Assembly: GCF_009914755.1 (NCBI RefSeq)
Contig: NC_060926.1
DNA length: 64,000 nt
Source of the DNA: the human T2T-CHM13v2.0 reference genome, Homo sapiens
Reading direction: 5' to 3' (one strand)
The notes below the pieces were generated by a model that saw only the letters and a list, made by a program, of their open reading frames with translations, searched no databases and was not told the DNA's origin. Of this stretch, positions 47,918 to 64,000 are shown piece by piece. Position 1 is the stretch's first letter. Every line of letters begins with the position of its first letter. The position numbers were made by a program, and so were the translations under genes.

Positions 47918-48213
47918 AGGCTGGGTGCGGTGGCTCATGCCTGTAATCCCAACATGTTGGGAGGGCAAGTTGGGTGGAACACTTGAGGTCAGGAGTTCGA
48001 AACCAGCCTGGCCAACGTGGTGAAATCCTATCTCTATTAAAAATACAAAAACTAGCCGGGCAAGGTGGCAGATGCCTGTAATCCCAGCTACTCGGGAGGC
48101 TGAGGCAGAAGAATTGTTTGAACCCAGAGGGGGAGGTTGCAGTGAGCCGAGATCGTGCCACTGCACTCCAGCCTGGGTGACAGAGTGAGACTCTGTCTCA
48201 AAGAAAAAAAAAA
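47918..48213 (+). mobile_element. AluS SINE
   Basis: TSD aaagtcagcaatca. Confidence 0.93.
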
Positions 48214-48993
48214 AGTCAGCAATCAAAAGTATCTACCTGGATTTGACCACCCTTAAATGGGTCAAGGCTAGGGAGCAAAAAACCCCTCCAAACCTAATTG
48301 AATAAAGAAGTCAAGATATTAATATTCCCAGGCAGAAATACAGAATTACTGGCATCTTCTTTGTACTGCTGGCAATAATAACCTGAATGTTTACAGTAAA
48401 TATTTGTTGAACTAACAATATGTTAGAACACTAAATCTCTTTAGGTGTCCCTATAACAATATTTACTTGGCTTATAAAATCATTTTAGTATTTGCTTCCA
48501 GTTATAACTGGAGGGAATTTTTCTAGCTTCCACCCAAGAAGAGGTCTAAAATGAATTAAAGAACAAACACCTTGAGAGTGTTGAACCAATCTGATATGAT
48601 AGTTCATCACAACCAAAGTAAATTAAAATTATATTAGTTTAGGAAGAAGCAAAATACAAAGGAGATTTATGTAGTTTAACTTATGAGGTTATGTGGATTA
48701 TACTAATTGAAGTTGGTATTAGGGGCACGTTTGGTGAAAATTGCAAATATTTCTATACAGTAGGAAAGATTTCCCATGACTGGATTTCCTTCCAAAGTTA
48801 GATCTATTCATTCCTTAATCCAACAAGCAACTAGTGAGAATCTTCCACGTGCCAAGCATAGAACTGAAAGTATCTGGAGTATTAAAAAAACCCACAACAC
48901 TACCATTCTAGTACCTATTCTTCCAGTGCAATGGGTCCCAAACTCTGTATGTGCAAGAACTACATAGGTAGCTTTTAAAAAATGCATACTTCT

Positions 48994-49409
<416 letters not shown>

Positions 49410-49450
49410 CTACAGCTAGAACTTATAAACTAGTCTGAAATATTTAAAAT

Positions 49451-49452
49451 AT

Positions 49453-49485
<33 letters not shown>

Positions 49486-49501
49486 TGTGTGTGTGTGTAT
49501 G
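49451..49501. repeat. (TG)n(CG)n(TG)n alternating purine-pyrimidine tract
   Basis: Seen directly. Confidence 0.95.
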
Positions 49502-49883
49502 ACATCTAGATAACATAAACATGTTCAAGGTAATGCAAAATAATGAGTTTCTTTGCTTGGAAATTAGGGGGGTGTATGAAGTGGGAGGAAGAGAGGAGTT
49601 TTATCAAGAAAGACTTTGCTGAATAGTTAAGGTTGAACTCCAAGATGAATAGGAGCCTGGATACTTGCCAAGAGATCAGCAGGAGACAGCTACACCTGGG
49701 AAGAAGAGTTAGCTAAGGTTGAGGAAAAGGGAAACCAGTTAACATATTGCCTTGAATCCTGAAGAGTTTAGCTCTGATTCAACAGAAGCTTAAGAAAACA
49801 ACTGGCATAATGACAATGTGAGCTGAGATTTCTTATCCTAGAGCCTCCAATTGGGGTGTTCTGGAGTGAGAAGAGATTCAAAG

Positions 49884-50513
49884 TGTCAGGGACATTCGAA
49901 CCAGAGCAACTCCATCTTGAATAGGGGCTGGGTAAAATAAGGCTGGGACCTACTTGGCTGCATTCCCAGGAGGGTAGGAATTCTTAGTCCCAGGATGAGA
50001 TAGGAGGTCAGTATAAGATACAGGTCACAAAGACCTTGCTGATAAAACAGCATGCAGTAAAGAAGTCGACCAAATCCCACCGAAACCAAGATGGTGATGC
50101 AAGTGACCTCTGGTGGTTCTCACTGCTCATTATACGCTAATTATAATGTATTAGCATGCTAAAAGACACACCCACCAGAGTCATGACAGTTTACAAATGC
50201 TGTAGCAATATCAGGAAGTTATCCTATATGGTCTAAAAAGGGGAAGAACCCTCAGTTCTGGGAATTGCCCACCCCTTTTCCAGAAAACTCATGAATAATC
50301 CACCTCTTGTTTAGTATATAATAAAGAAGTAACAATAAGTATAAGCAGCTGAGCAGCCCATGCCCTTGCTCAACCTATGGAGTAGACATTCTTTTGTTTC
50401 TTTACTTTCTTAATAAACCAGCTTTCACTTTATGGATTTGCCTTGAATTCTTTCTTGCATGAGACCTAAGAACCCTCTCCTGGAGGCTGCTTTGGGACTC
50501 CTTTCTGGTAACA
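49884..50513 (+). mobile_element. MER41B (ERV1) solo LTR
   Basis: tgtcagggacattcgaaccagagcaactccatcttgaatagg...ggtaaca, 630 bp; 4-bp TSD aaag. Confidence 0.92.
50256..50264. promoter_or_regulatory. GAS (STAT) motif TTCTGGGAA in MER41B
   Basis: Exact TTCN3GAA; the second tandem site at 50277-50285 is imperfect. Confidence 0.6.
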
Positions 50514-51399
50514 AAAGCAGGAAGCTGTATCTATAATCCAGACCAAGGCAAGATGGTCTAGAACATGTGAAAACAAGGAAGAAAAGCTAAGAGGCTTACA
50601 AAAGAGATAGAGTCGAGCACAATTCCAAGGTGTGAGCTTTGGTAAATGAGAGGAGAATGATACCATTTGCCATATTGGGGAAAGTCATGAGGGGGCTGTT
50701 GATGCCAGGACCATAAGTGGCAATAGGTCAAGTATACAGGGTGACAGACCAGGATGAAGGGTGCCAAGGCAGAGGTAGGAAACCAAAATATGCTGGTCTG
50801 GGGAGCAGATGGACCTGGGGTTTCCTAGGAAGCTGTGATCATAGGAAACTAGAGCTAGACAAGTAAACAGTCCCAATAACAAAACAGAATAATTCCATAA
50901 GTTGAGGCAAAGCAGTGACTGAGACTGAGCAGAAGCCCACAGTAATCAAGGACAGTCAAGAATTGCAGATAAAAAATATGACTAGAAAGAAAGAGATCCT
51001 GATTCTGGTGGTAATTCTGTTTTATCCAAAAGTTCCCTACATATTTCCTATTGAGATAGAAGCAGTCCGAGGGTGTGGCTTGCAAGCAGAAGCAGGGAGT
51101 GGTGTAGGGAGAAAGTGGAGGACTGAAATGGAACCAGGGAGCATGCCCACACTTGGAGAGCAAGAGGCCTGGGAATGTAAAATATGCTGCTCTGGCCTGA
51201 GTGTGGTAATGTCCTAACTCCTTTGGTGTGGTAATGTCCATTTCACTGACTTAGCAACTGATAGTCAGCCAAAGACAGGGGTAATGATGAAAGCTAAGAA
51301 ACAACCACTTCTTTCCAATATACCAGCCAGTCACTCCAGAGGCACCAGAAACACTGGGCTCTCAGTGGACATTCTCCGTGAAGGCAGATTTCAACATTA

Positions 51400-51748
<349 letters not shown>

Positions 51749-51856
51749 TTATTTATTAGTATTGTCATTATTAACCTTGGCCTGGTGTTTTCTTTAGGAC
51801 CTAAGCAATCATAGGCCACTACTTGGGGTCTTTCTGATACTTTTGTTAAAATTCTA

Positions 51857-52170
<314 letters not shown>

Positions 52171-52219
52171 TCTGTTAGCTGTCAATTTAATTTTGGGATG
52201 TCTTTCCAATAAACAGTGC

Positions 52220-52406
52220 TAAGTAGCTGAGACCACAGTTGTGTGCCACCACGCCCAGCTAATATTATTTTTTAATATTATTTTTATAGAGACTGGGTCT
52301 TGCTATGTTGCCCAGTCTGGTCTTGAACTTAAGGACTCAAGGCATCCTCCTGCCTCAGCCTCTCAAAGAGCTGGGAACTACAAGCATGAGCCACTGTGCC
52401 CAGCCC
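52220..52406 (-). mobile_element. Partial AluJ
   Basis: Left arm plus part of the right arm. Confidence 0.8.
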
Positions 52407-52433
52407 TGGCTAATTAAAAAATCTGATCCTTCT

Positions 52434-52765
<332 letters not shown>

Positions 52766-52842
52766 TTACAGGTATAAGCCTATCTAGCCTGAACTCCCAC
52801 TTTTAATCATTATCAGTGCAATAGAGATTTAAGAAAAAAATT

Positions 52843-52881
<39 letters not shown>

Positions 52882-52976
52882 ATTATATATGTATTTTTCT
52901 TTTTGCTTTGGGGGCTTGCTTCTTTCTCATGGATTTCAATTCAATATTTTGAATGGTTTCTTTAAGAGTCTTAACA

Positions 52977-53279
52977 GGCCAGGTGTGGTAGCTCACACCT
53001 GTAATCCCAGCACTTTGGGAGACTGAGGCGGGTGGATCACTTGAGGTTGGGAATTCGAGACCAGCCTGGCCAACCTGGTGAAACCCTGTCTCTACTAAAA
53101 ATACAAAAATTAGCCAGGCGTGGTGGCGCACACCTGTAATCCCAGATACTAAGGAGTCTGAGGCAGGAGGATCACTTGAGCCCAGGAGGCAGAGGTTGCA
53201 GTGAGCCAAGATTGTGCCACTGTACTCCAGCCTGGGCAACAGAGTGAGACTCTGTCTCAAAAAAAAAAAAAAAAAAAAA
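52977..53279 (+). mobile_element. AluS SINE
   Basis: TSD aagagtcttaaca. Confidence 0.93.
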
Positions 53280-54146
53280 GAGTCTTAACAAAGACCTCGT
53301 ACCCTAAACTCAACAGAACAAAGCAAAGAGGCAATGAGAATTGGAGCTAAGACAGGACTGTCTGGCCCCTATTGTCAGCACTTTTCTAGTACTGTATAGA
53401 TAGATGCATGAGGTTAGTGGAGGTCACTCTCTTGAGAGAGGATGAGCTCTGCAGATGTTTGTGACTAGTGATTACAGTGCAGGCAAAGGGCTTGATCCTT
53501 TGAGAGAGATCTTTTAGTTCTACTAATTAATTGCCCAGCCCTCCCCAGCTTCCTTCCATCAGTGAACTTTTCTTTGATCTTAATTGTGTATGGAAAATGA
53601 TTGCAACTAGAATGACAGAATGCAATAAACATTTGTTAGTAAAATTAATCTGATAAAATCAAAATGATCTAAGTAACACTCAGTAGCTCTGGACAATTTA
53701 ATTTATTCTATGCAGAAATGTAATCTTTGGCATCTATTGTCTATTTTTGGATATAAGTATGAATTGAGGTGTCAGGAAAAAAAAACTTGCACAACCAAAA
53801 TTCCACCTCAATATTTGGACACCTGACAAAGCTGCCCCCTAACCAGTAATTATGTAACTGCACAACTTACATAATTGAATCAATTATGCCTTATTCTCCA
53901 AAACCTAAAAAGCATAGAAAATGCAAATGTGAGAACTGGTGACATTTTTAAGAACTTTTAAAAAATTGCATAACATATTTTAAAATGAACAATTTCTTTG
54001 GCTGAAATAACAGCAAATACAATCTTTAGAGCAGTGTATATGCTATAATTATTTCAATAGCTTTAAAATAACTTGGCATTGCTCCATAAGTAGAGGCATT
54101 ATTGTTTAATTGCAAATGAGTCACTTCCCAATCCCAAGCAATTAAT

Positions 54147-54322
54147 CAGTGTTTCCTAAACTTGTCTGAAATGGGAACCACCTGGAATTTTTGTTAAACA
54201 TACAAATTCCAGGGCTCACCCAAGACCTACTGAATTGGAATTTCTAGGGAAGGCATATGGGAATCTGTATGTTCAACAAGTATCTAGGTGGATCTTATTA
54301 TCAGGCAGATTGGGAAACACCA
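54147..54322. mobile_element. MER5-like hAT MITE
   Basis: cagtgtttcctaaactt ... gattgggaaacacc inverted ends; agacctactgaat core. Confidence 0.65.
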
Positions 54323-54395
54323 TTTGGATTTCTTTGACAGTGGCATTATCTTCGTGGTTACTATTACACTGAGTGACCAGAATGAAGTTTTGTCA

Positions 54396-54835
<440 letters not shown>

Positions 54836-54933
54836 ATATATATATATATATATTCCTTCAATAATAGGTCCAAGATTAAATCCATTACCACCTTGAAAAA
54901 AGAACATAAGGAAGAAGGAAAACTCTCTTATCA

Positions 54934-55312
<379 letters not shown>

Positions 55313-55583
55313 TCATGGCATAAGTATTTATTTCCATTTTACACATGTAGAAACTGAGACTTGAAGAAGTTAATAAATTTTCCCTAGATCACTCAGTAAG
55401 CAAGAGAGACAGGACTTTAATCCACCAAGCACATGATCTTACAAGGATACTAGCCTTAAGAGTATAAATTGTAAGTCGAGGAATTCAAATTCACCGAACA
55501 GAATAATTATGGGATCATGCGTTTGAGAAATTTTTTTCTCTGGAAGCCAAACAAAAAAAAAAAAAAAGGGAAGAAGAAGAAGG

Positions 55584-55685
55584 TGGCCAGGTGCAGCAGT
55601 GGCTCATGCCTGTAGACCAAGGCTGCAGTGAGCTATGATGCCACCACTGCACTCCAGCCTGGGTGACAGAACAAGACCCTGTGTC
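55584..55685 (+). mobile_element. Internally deleted AluJ/FAM-like remnant
   Basis: Alu 5' start joined to the right-arm 3' end. Confidence 0.7.
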
Positions 55686-56253
55686 GGGGGCGGGGAAGAG
55701 GCAATTTCTCATATATTAAACAACAGAGGGAAGAAAGGATGGGAGATTTCAGAAAGTTTGATTAACTCACATAGGATGGCAAGCCTCTTTTCTTCCTGTG
55801 AAAGAAATTTACAGTTGTCCCCTAAAAATCAACTCTCCCAAAGAACAAATAAGAAAAGTAAATAAAATTGTTGAGTCAGATATGTAATATGTGTAATATG
55901 TATCTGTGGAATTGCATTTTACTCCAACTTATTCTCTTTCTTGTTCCCTCGAGTAGTTTTTTTCTCGTTGAAGTGGATGCAGCCAGAAACAAAAAGGCCC
56001 CGTTTGGGCTTTCTTGTTTTAAAAAATCTTTTTTTCAAAGCGTTTGTTTTCTTAGACTTGGAAGGTGTTGAAAGGTGCCAGATGGATAGCTCTGGAGATT
56101 GTGAGTCCTGTGTTTATCTGCAGAGGAGGTTAGGTGTGGATAGGATATCCTGGGCATCCCGTGCAGCCCAACTTAGGAACTCTTGCCCTCCTGGACAAAA
56201 GTTAACATTCAGTTGGGAAGTTGGGAGTACACCCTCAAATAAGAGCAAATACT

Positions 56254-56554
56254 GGCCGGGCTCAGTGGCTCACGGCTGTAATCCCAACACTTTGGGAAGC
56301 CGAGGCTGGTGGATCACTTGAGCCCAGGAGTTCGAGACCAGCCTGGGCAACATGGAGAAACCTCATCTCTACAGAAATACAAAAATTAGCTGTGCAGTAG
56401 TGGTTTGAACCTGTATTTCTAGCTACTCTGGAGGCTGAGGCAGAAGGATTGCTTGAGCCTAGGAGCCAGAGGTTGCAGTGAGCTGAGGTTGTGCCACTGC
56501 ACTTCAGCCTGGGTGACAGAGCAAAACCCTTTCTTAAAAAGAAAAAAAAAAAAA
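56254..56554 (+). mobile_element. AluJ SINE
   Basis: Full Alu. Confidence 0.9.
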
Positions 56555-56556
56555 GC

Positions 56557-56893
<337 letters not shown>

Positions 56894-57685
56894 AGCAGAC
56901 ACCACAAGTCAGCAGTATATTCCTTTTTTGCTGCCATTGTTGTTGATATCATAGGCTATAAGACTTTCCCATTCAATTATTTATAAGGTAGGATGTTAAG
57001 GAGGATTTTTTGGGAGGCAAAACAGTACACAACTGCAGGATGAAGGAGAAGATGAGAATAGGTGATAACATTGTTTTCGTTTTGTGATATGTCTTTGTTT
57101 TATGTTGTCTTGTTTTTGCACGAGTTGCATCCAGAGCATCTCATATGACTTCTAGATGATAACTCATACAGTCTTCGCAAATTCACAAATTCAGCTGCTT
57201 TTAAACTGGCCAATTGTTGGAGCAAGGCAGGGGATGGGTACCAATATTTAACAGCCCATTCAGAAGACCTCAATTTTTCACCTATTTTTTCCTCCTTTAC
57301 CATTGGTTTATAATTCTTGATGTGTCTGGATTCCAACAGAGACATGCCTATTTAGTATATATTTAGTATATAAGCCATTTTAAAACAAGCTTTAATATAT
57401 TTTTTATATGTGTGTATTTACACATATATTAAACTTACATAAATAAAATGGTTTCTATGTTACTATTTTCATGTCATTAAAAAATGACCCAGATGGAATT
57501 TTGCCAAATTGGCCTAAAGAAGATGGTATCTCAGAGATATAGGTTAGATAAGAGCTGGAATTTTAAAATTTACAAATAGTTAATAATTTTCTGCAATGGT
57601 GTCGGAGAGGTTGGAATCTACCAATGTTTTTTAAATTATGAAGGTAGCATTATTTAGTTAGCATGTAATTAAAATTCACAATGAT

Positions 57686-57990
57686 GGCCAGCTAGGATTC
57701 ACACCTGTAATCCCAGGACTTTGAGAGGCCAAGACAGGTGGATCACTTGTGGTCAGGAGTTCCAGACCAGCCTGTCCATCATGGTGAAACCCCATCTATA
57801 CCAAAAATATTAATGCCAAAAATTAGCCATGCATGGTGGTGTGCGCCTGTAGTCCCAGCTACTCAGAAGGCTGAGGCAGGAGAATTGCTTGAACCTGGGA
57901 GGTAGAGGTTGCAGTGAGCTGAGAGCCACTGCACTCCAGCCTGGCAACAGAGCAACACTCCGTCTCAAAAAAAAAAAAAAAAAAAAAAAA
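57686..57990 (+). mobile_element. AluS SINE
   Basis: Full Alu, long poly(A). Confidence 0.9.
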
Positions 57991-58342
57991 GAATGGGAAC
58001 TTTTACTAGAACTCTCTCACCTAGAACTTCTACCAAAATAGCATCAGTGAAATTTAAATCTCAATGAAAAGGAAAAATGCTAGATTGAACATGTCTAAAG
58101 AGTTTCTGTATTGGGAGGTCTAAGGAAATCAGATGGAATGCAGCAAAGGGATAAAGATATGAAAAATATGAAAGAATAATTAAGACAATATAAATAGAAT
58201 TAGAAAATCAATGTGTAAGCTTCAGAAGGAGAAAAAGAGAAAATGAGGAAAAGATAATTTTTAATTTTTGTGGGTACAGAGTAAGTGTATATATTTATGG
58301 GGTACATGAGATGTTTTGATACAGGCATGCAATGCATAATAA

Positions 58343-58953
<611 letters not shown>

Positions 58954-60654
58954 TAGATCCCACAAATAAGTGAGAACATGCAATGTTAGTATTTTTGTGC
59001 CTGGCTTATTTCACTTAGCATAGTGACCTCCGGTTCCATCCATGTTGTTGCAAATGATAGGATCTCATTCTTTTTTTTTTCATCTCTGAATAGCACTCCA
59101 TTGTGTATATGTACCATATTTTCTTTATCCATTCATCTGTTGATGGACACTTAGGGTGCTTCCAAATTATGGCTATTGTTAATAGTGCTGCAACAAACAT
59201 GGGAGTGCACGTATCTCTTTGATATACTGATTTCCTTTTTTTGGAGTATATACCCAGCAGTGGGATTACTGGATCATATGGTAGCTTTGTTTTAGTTTTT
59301 TGAGGAACCTTCAAACCGTTCTCCACAGTGGTTGTATTAATTAACATTCCCACCAACAATGTATGGGAGTTCCCTTTTCTCTATAGCCTCACACCATTTG
59401 TTATTGCCTGTTTTTTGGATATAAGCCATCTTAAATGGGGTGAGATGATATCTCATTGTAGCTTTGATTTGCATTTCTCTGATGATCAGTGATGTTGAGT
59501 ACTTTTTCATATGTTTCTTACGTTTCCCATTTGTATGTCTTCTTTTGAGAAATGTCTGTTCAAATCTTTTGTCCATTTTTAATCAGATTATTAGACTTTT
59601 TTCCTGTAAAGTTGTTTGCATCTCTTATATATTCTGGTTATTAATCGCTTGTCACATGAGTAGTTTGCAAATATTTTCTCCCATTCTATGGGTTGTCTCT
59701 TCAGTTAGTTAATCATTCCCTTTGCTGTGCAGAAGGTTTTTAACTTGAAGTGATCCCATTTATACATTTTTGCTTTAGTTGCCTGTGCTTATGGGGTATT
59801 ATTCAAGAAATTTTGGCCCAGACCAATGTCCTGGAGAGTTTCCCCAATGTGTTTTGATAGTAGTTTCATAGTTTGAGGTCTTAGATTTGAGTCTTTAATC
59901 CATTTTAATTTGATTTTTATGTATAGTGAGAGATAAAGATCTTGTTTCATTCTTCTGCATATGGATATTAAGTTTTCCCAGCATCATGTGTTGAAGAGAT
60001 TGTCTTTTTTCCCAGTGTATGTTTTTGAAACCTTGTCAAAAATAAGTTCACTGTAGGTGTGTGGATTTATATCTGGATTCTCCATTCTGTTCTGTTGGTC
60101 CATGTGTTTGTTTTTATGCCAGTACCATGCTGTTTTGGTTACTATAGCTCTGTAAAATAATTTGAAGTCAGGTAATGTGATTCCTCCAGTTTTGTCCTTT
60201 TTGCTTAGAATAGCTTTGGATATTTTGCTTTTGTTGTGCTTCCATATAAATATTTGAATTGTTTTTTCTATTTCTGTGAAGAATGTCATTGGTATTTTGA
60301 TAGGGATTTAATTGAATCTGTAGATTGCTTTGGGTAGTATGGACATTTTAACAATATTCATTCTTCCAATCCATGAATATGGAATATCTTTTCACTTTCT
60401 GGTGTCCTCTCAATTTCTCTCATCAGTGTTTTATAATTTTCATTATAGAGATCTTTCACTTTTTTGGTTAATTCCTAGGTATTTAATTTTATCTGTGGCT
60501 ATTGTAAATGGGACCACTTTTTTTGTTGGTTTTATCACATTCACTGTTGGCATATAGAAATGCCATTTTTTGTATGTTTTATGTTTATGCCATATTTTTT
60601 GTATGTTGATTTTGCATCCTGCAACTTTACTGAATTTATCAGTTCTAATAGTTT

Positions 60655-61308
<654 letters not shown>

Positions 61309-63326
61309 TAAATATAAGATTATATTGTCTGCAAACAAGGATAATTTGACTTCTTCCTTTCCAATTTGGATGCCCTTTCTTTCTTTTTTCGGATTGCTCT
61401 GGCTAGGACTTCCAGTGCTATGTTGAATAATAGTGGCGAAAGTGGGCATCCTTGTCATGTTCCAGAGGAAAGGCTTTCAGTTTTTCCCCATTCAGAATGA
61501 TATACTAGCTGTGGGTCTGTAATATATGGCTTTAATTAAGTTGAGGTATGTTCCTTCCATATGCAGTTTTTTTGACGGTTTTTATCATGAAGGGATGTTG
61601 AATTTTATCAAATGCTTTTCCAGCATCTTTTTGTCTTTCATTCTGTTGATATGATATAGCACATTGATTTGCATATGTTGAACCATCCTTGCATCCCAGG
61701 GATAAATCCCACTTGGACATGATAAGTTATCTTTTTAATGTATTGTTGAATTCAGTTTGCTAGTATTTTGTTGGGGATTTTTGCATCAATATTTATCAGA
61801 AAATTTGGCCTGTAGTTTTCTTTTTTTATGTGTCTTTTTCTGGTTTTGGTATTAGGGTAATACTGACTTCATAGAATGAGTTCAGAAGTATTCCCTCCTC
61901 CTCCATTTTTTAGAGTAGTTTGAGTAGGATTGGTGTTAGTTCTTCAAATGTTTGGTAGAATTCAGCAGTGAAGCCATTGGGTCATGGGCTTTTCTTTACT
62001 TGAAGACTTTGAAATTATGGCTTCAATCTCATTACTTGCTATTGGTGTGTCCAGGTTTTGGATTTCTTCATGATTCAACCTTGATAGGTTGTATGTATCT
62101 AGGAATTTGTCAGTTTCTTCTAGTTTTCCAATGTATTGGCATATAGTTGCTCATAGTAGCCACTAATGATATTTGAATTTCTGCTGTATCAGTTGAAATG
62201 TCTCCTTTTTCATCCCTGATTTTATTTACTTGGATCTTCTCCTTTTTGTTCTTAGTCTGCTAAAGGTTTGTTAGTTTTGTTTAACTTTTTGAAGAACAAA
62301 CTTATAGTTTCATTGATCTTTTGTATTGTTTTCTCCATTTTGATTTTTTTTATTTCTGCTCTAATCTTTATTATGTCATTTTTTCTACTAATGATTTTGG
62401 GTTTGGCTTGTTCTTGCTCTTCCAATTTTTAAAGATGCATTGTTAAGTTGTTTATTTGAAGTTTTTCTTTCTTTTTTTTATGTAGGCACTTACAACTACA
62501 AACTTCCCTCTTAGTATTGCTTTTGCTGTATCCCATAGGTTTTGGTATATTGTGTTTCCATTATCATTTGTTTTAAGAAAAATTTCGATTTCCTTTTTAA
62601 TTTCTTTATTGACCCACTGGTCATTCAGGAGCATATTGTTTAACTTCCGTGTGTTTGTATCATTTCCAAAGTTTCTCTTCTTATTGATTTCTACTTTTAT
62701 TTAATTGTGGTCAGAGAAGATGCTTGATATTATTTCAGTTTTTTTGGAATGTCTTAAGACTTGTTTTGTGACCTAATATGTGGTCTATCTGTGAGAATGA
62801 TGCATGTGCTGAGGAAAATAATGTGTATTCTGCAGCTGTTGGATGAAATGTTCTGTAAATATCTATTAGGTTCATTTGGTCTATAGTGCAGATTAAGTCC
62901 AATGTTTCTTTGCTGATTGTCTGTCTGAAAGACCTGTCCAATCCTGAAAATAGGGTGCTGAGGTCTCTAGCTATTGTTGCATTGAATCCTCTCTCCCTCT
63001 TTAGCTCTAACAATATTTGCTCTATATATCTGGGTGGTCCTGTGTTGGGTGCACATATATTTAAAATTGTTATATCTTGTTGCTGAATTGACCACTTTAT
63101 CATTATATGGTGACCTTCTTTGTCTGTTCTTATAGTTTTTGTCTTGAAATCTATTTTGTCTTATATAAGAGAAAATATTCCTGCTCTTTTTTGGCTTTCA
63201 TCAGCATGGAATATTGTTTTCCATTCACTTATTTCCAGTCTGTGTGTATCTTTATAGATGAAGTGTGTTTCTTGCAGGCAACAGATCATTGGGTCTTCTT
63301 TTTTATCCATTCAGCCACTCTATGTC

Positions 63327-63596
63327 TTTTTTCTTTTTTTTTTTTTTTTTGAGATGGAGTCTCACTCTGTCGCCCAATCTCCGCCTCCTGGGTTCAAGCA
63401 ATTCTCCTGACTCAGCCTCCTGAGTAGCTGGGACTACAGGCACGTGCCACCACACCTGACTAATTTTTGTATTTTTGGTAGAGACAGGGTTTTACTATGT
63501 TGGCCAGGCTGTTCTCAAACTCCTGACCTCAGGTGATCCGCCCACCTTGGCATCCCAAAGTGCTGTGATTACAGGCATGAGCTACTGCACCCGGCT
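63327..63596 (-). mobile_element. AluS with right-arm deletion
   Basis: TSD cactctatgt. Confidence 0.88.
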
Positions 63597-64000
63597 CACT
63601 CTATGTATTTTGATTGGAGAGTTTAGTCCATTTACATTAAGTGTTATTATTAATAAGTAAAAACATGCTCATGACATTTTGTTATTTGTCTTCTGGTTGT
63701 TTTGTGGTCTTTCCTTCCTTCTTTCTTTCCTTCTTGTCTTCCTCTTAGTGAAGGTGATTTTCTCTGGTGATATGAATTGGTTTTTTACTTTTTGTTTTTT
63801 GTGCATCCATTATGTGTTTACTGGTTTGTGGTTACCATGAGGCTTGCAAAAAATATAACCCATTATTTTAAGCTGATAACAAAACTGTTTGCATAAATAA
63901 GAAAAGAAGCAAAAAGAAAATTAATAAGGACTATGCCTTAACTTCATCCTCCAGCCTTTTAACTTTTTGTTGTTTCTATTTATAATTTATTGTATTGACT

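Noticed and set aside
50855-51241. Overlapping 100-aa and 128-aa ORFs downstream of MER41B
   Set aside because: No homology recognised and no splice or codon evidence; lengths are compatible with chance
57100-57345. 81-aa ATG ORF ending in CSGCNSC
   Set aside because: No known family recognised; cannot be supported without conservation or expression data

Overview
Primate (human-like) intronic or intergenic DNA, dominated by transposable elements. I recognise no host protein-coding exon, and the long ORFs in the track are Alu, L1, ERV or microsatellite artefacts. The centrepiece is a 6.1-kb minus-strand HERV-K(HML-3)/HERVK9 provirus (19821-25954) with two 513-bp MER9 LTRs, a gag-pro deletion fusion, a broken pol and an internally deleted env. 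It sits in an MLT2B LTR, which sits in an old L1 5' end. Also present: about 40 Alus (one near-pristine AluYd-type), several L1MA/MB/MC/PA pieces, THE1, MER41B and MLT1 LTRs, hAT DNA transposon relics and a Y1 RNA pseudogene. The most unusual signal is three independent 40-55-nt insertions (about 4055, 27619 and 42957). Each has an A-tail, a 12-17-bp target-site duplication (TSD) and a 5' hairpin, and each resembles the R region of an ERV1 LTR, as if short LTR hairpin RNAs had been retrotransposed by L1. Other oddities are an L1-5'UTR/unique-sequence/L1-3' chimera and an isolated 48-bp alpha-satellite fragment. Repeat subfamily names are from recalled consensus sequences, not a database search, and coordinates were read by eye.
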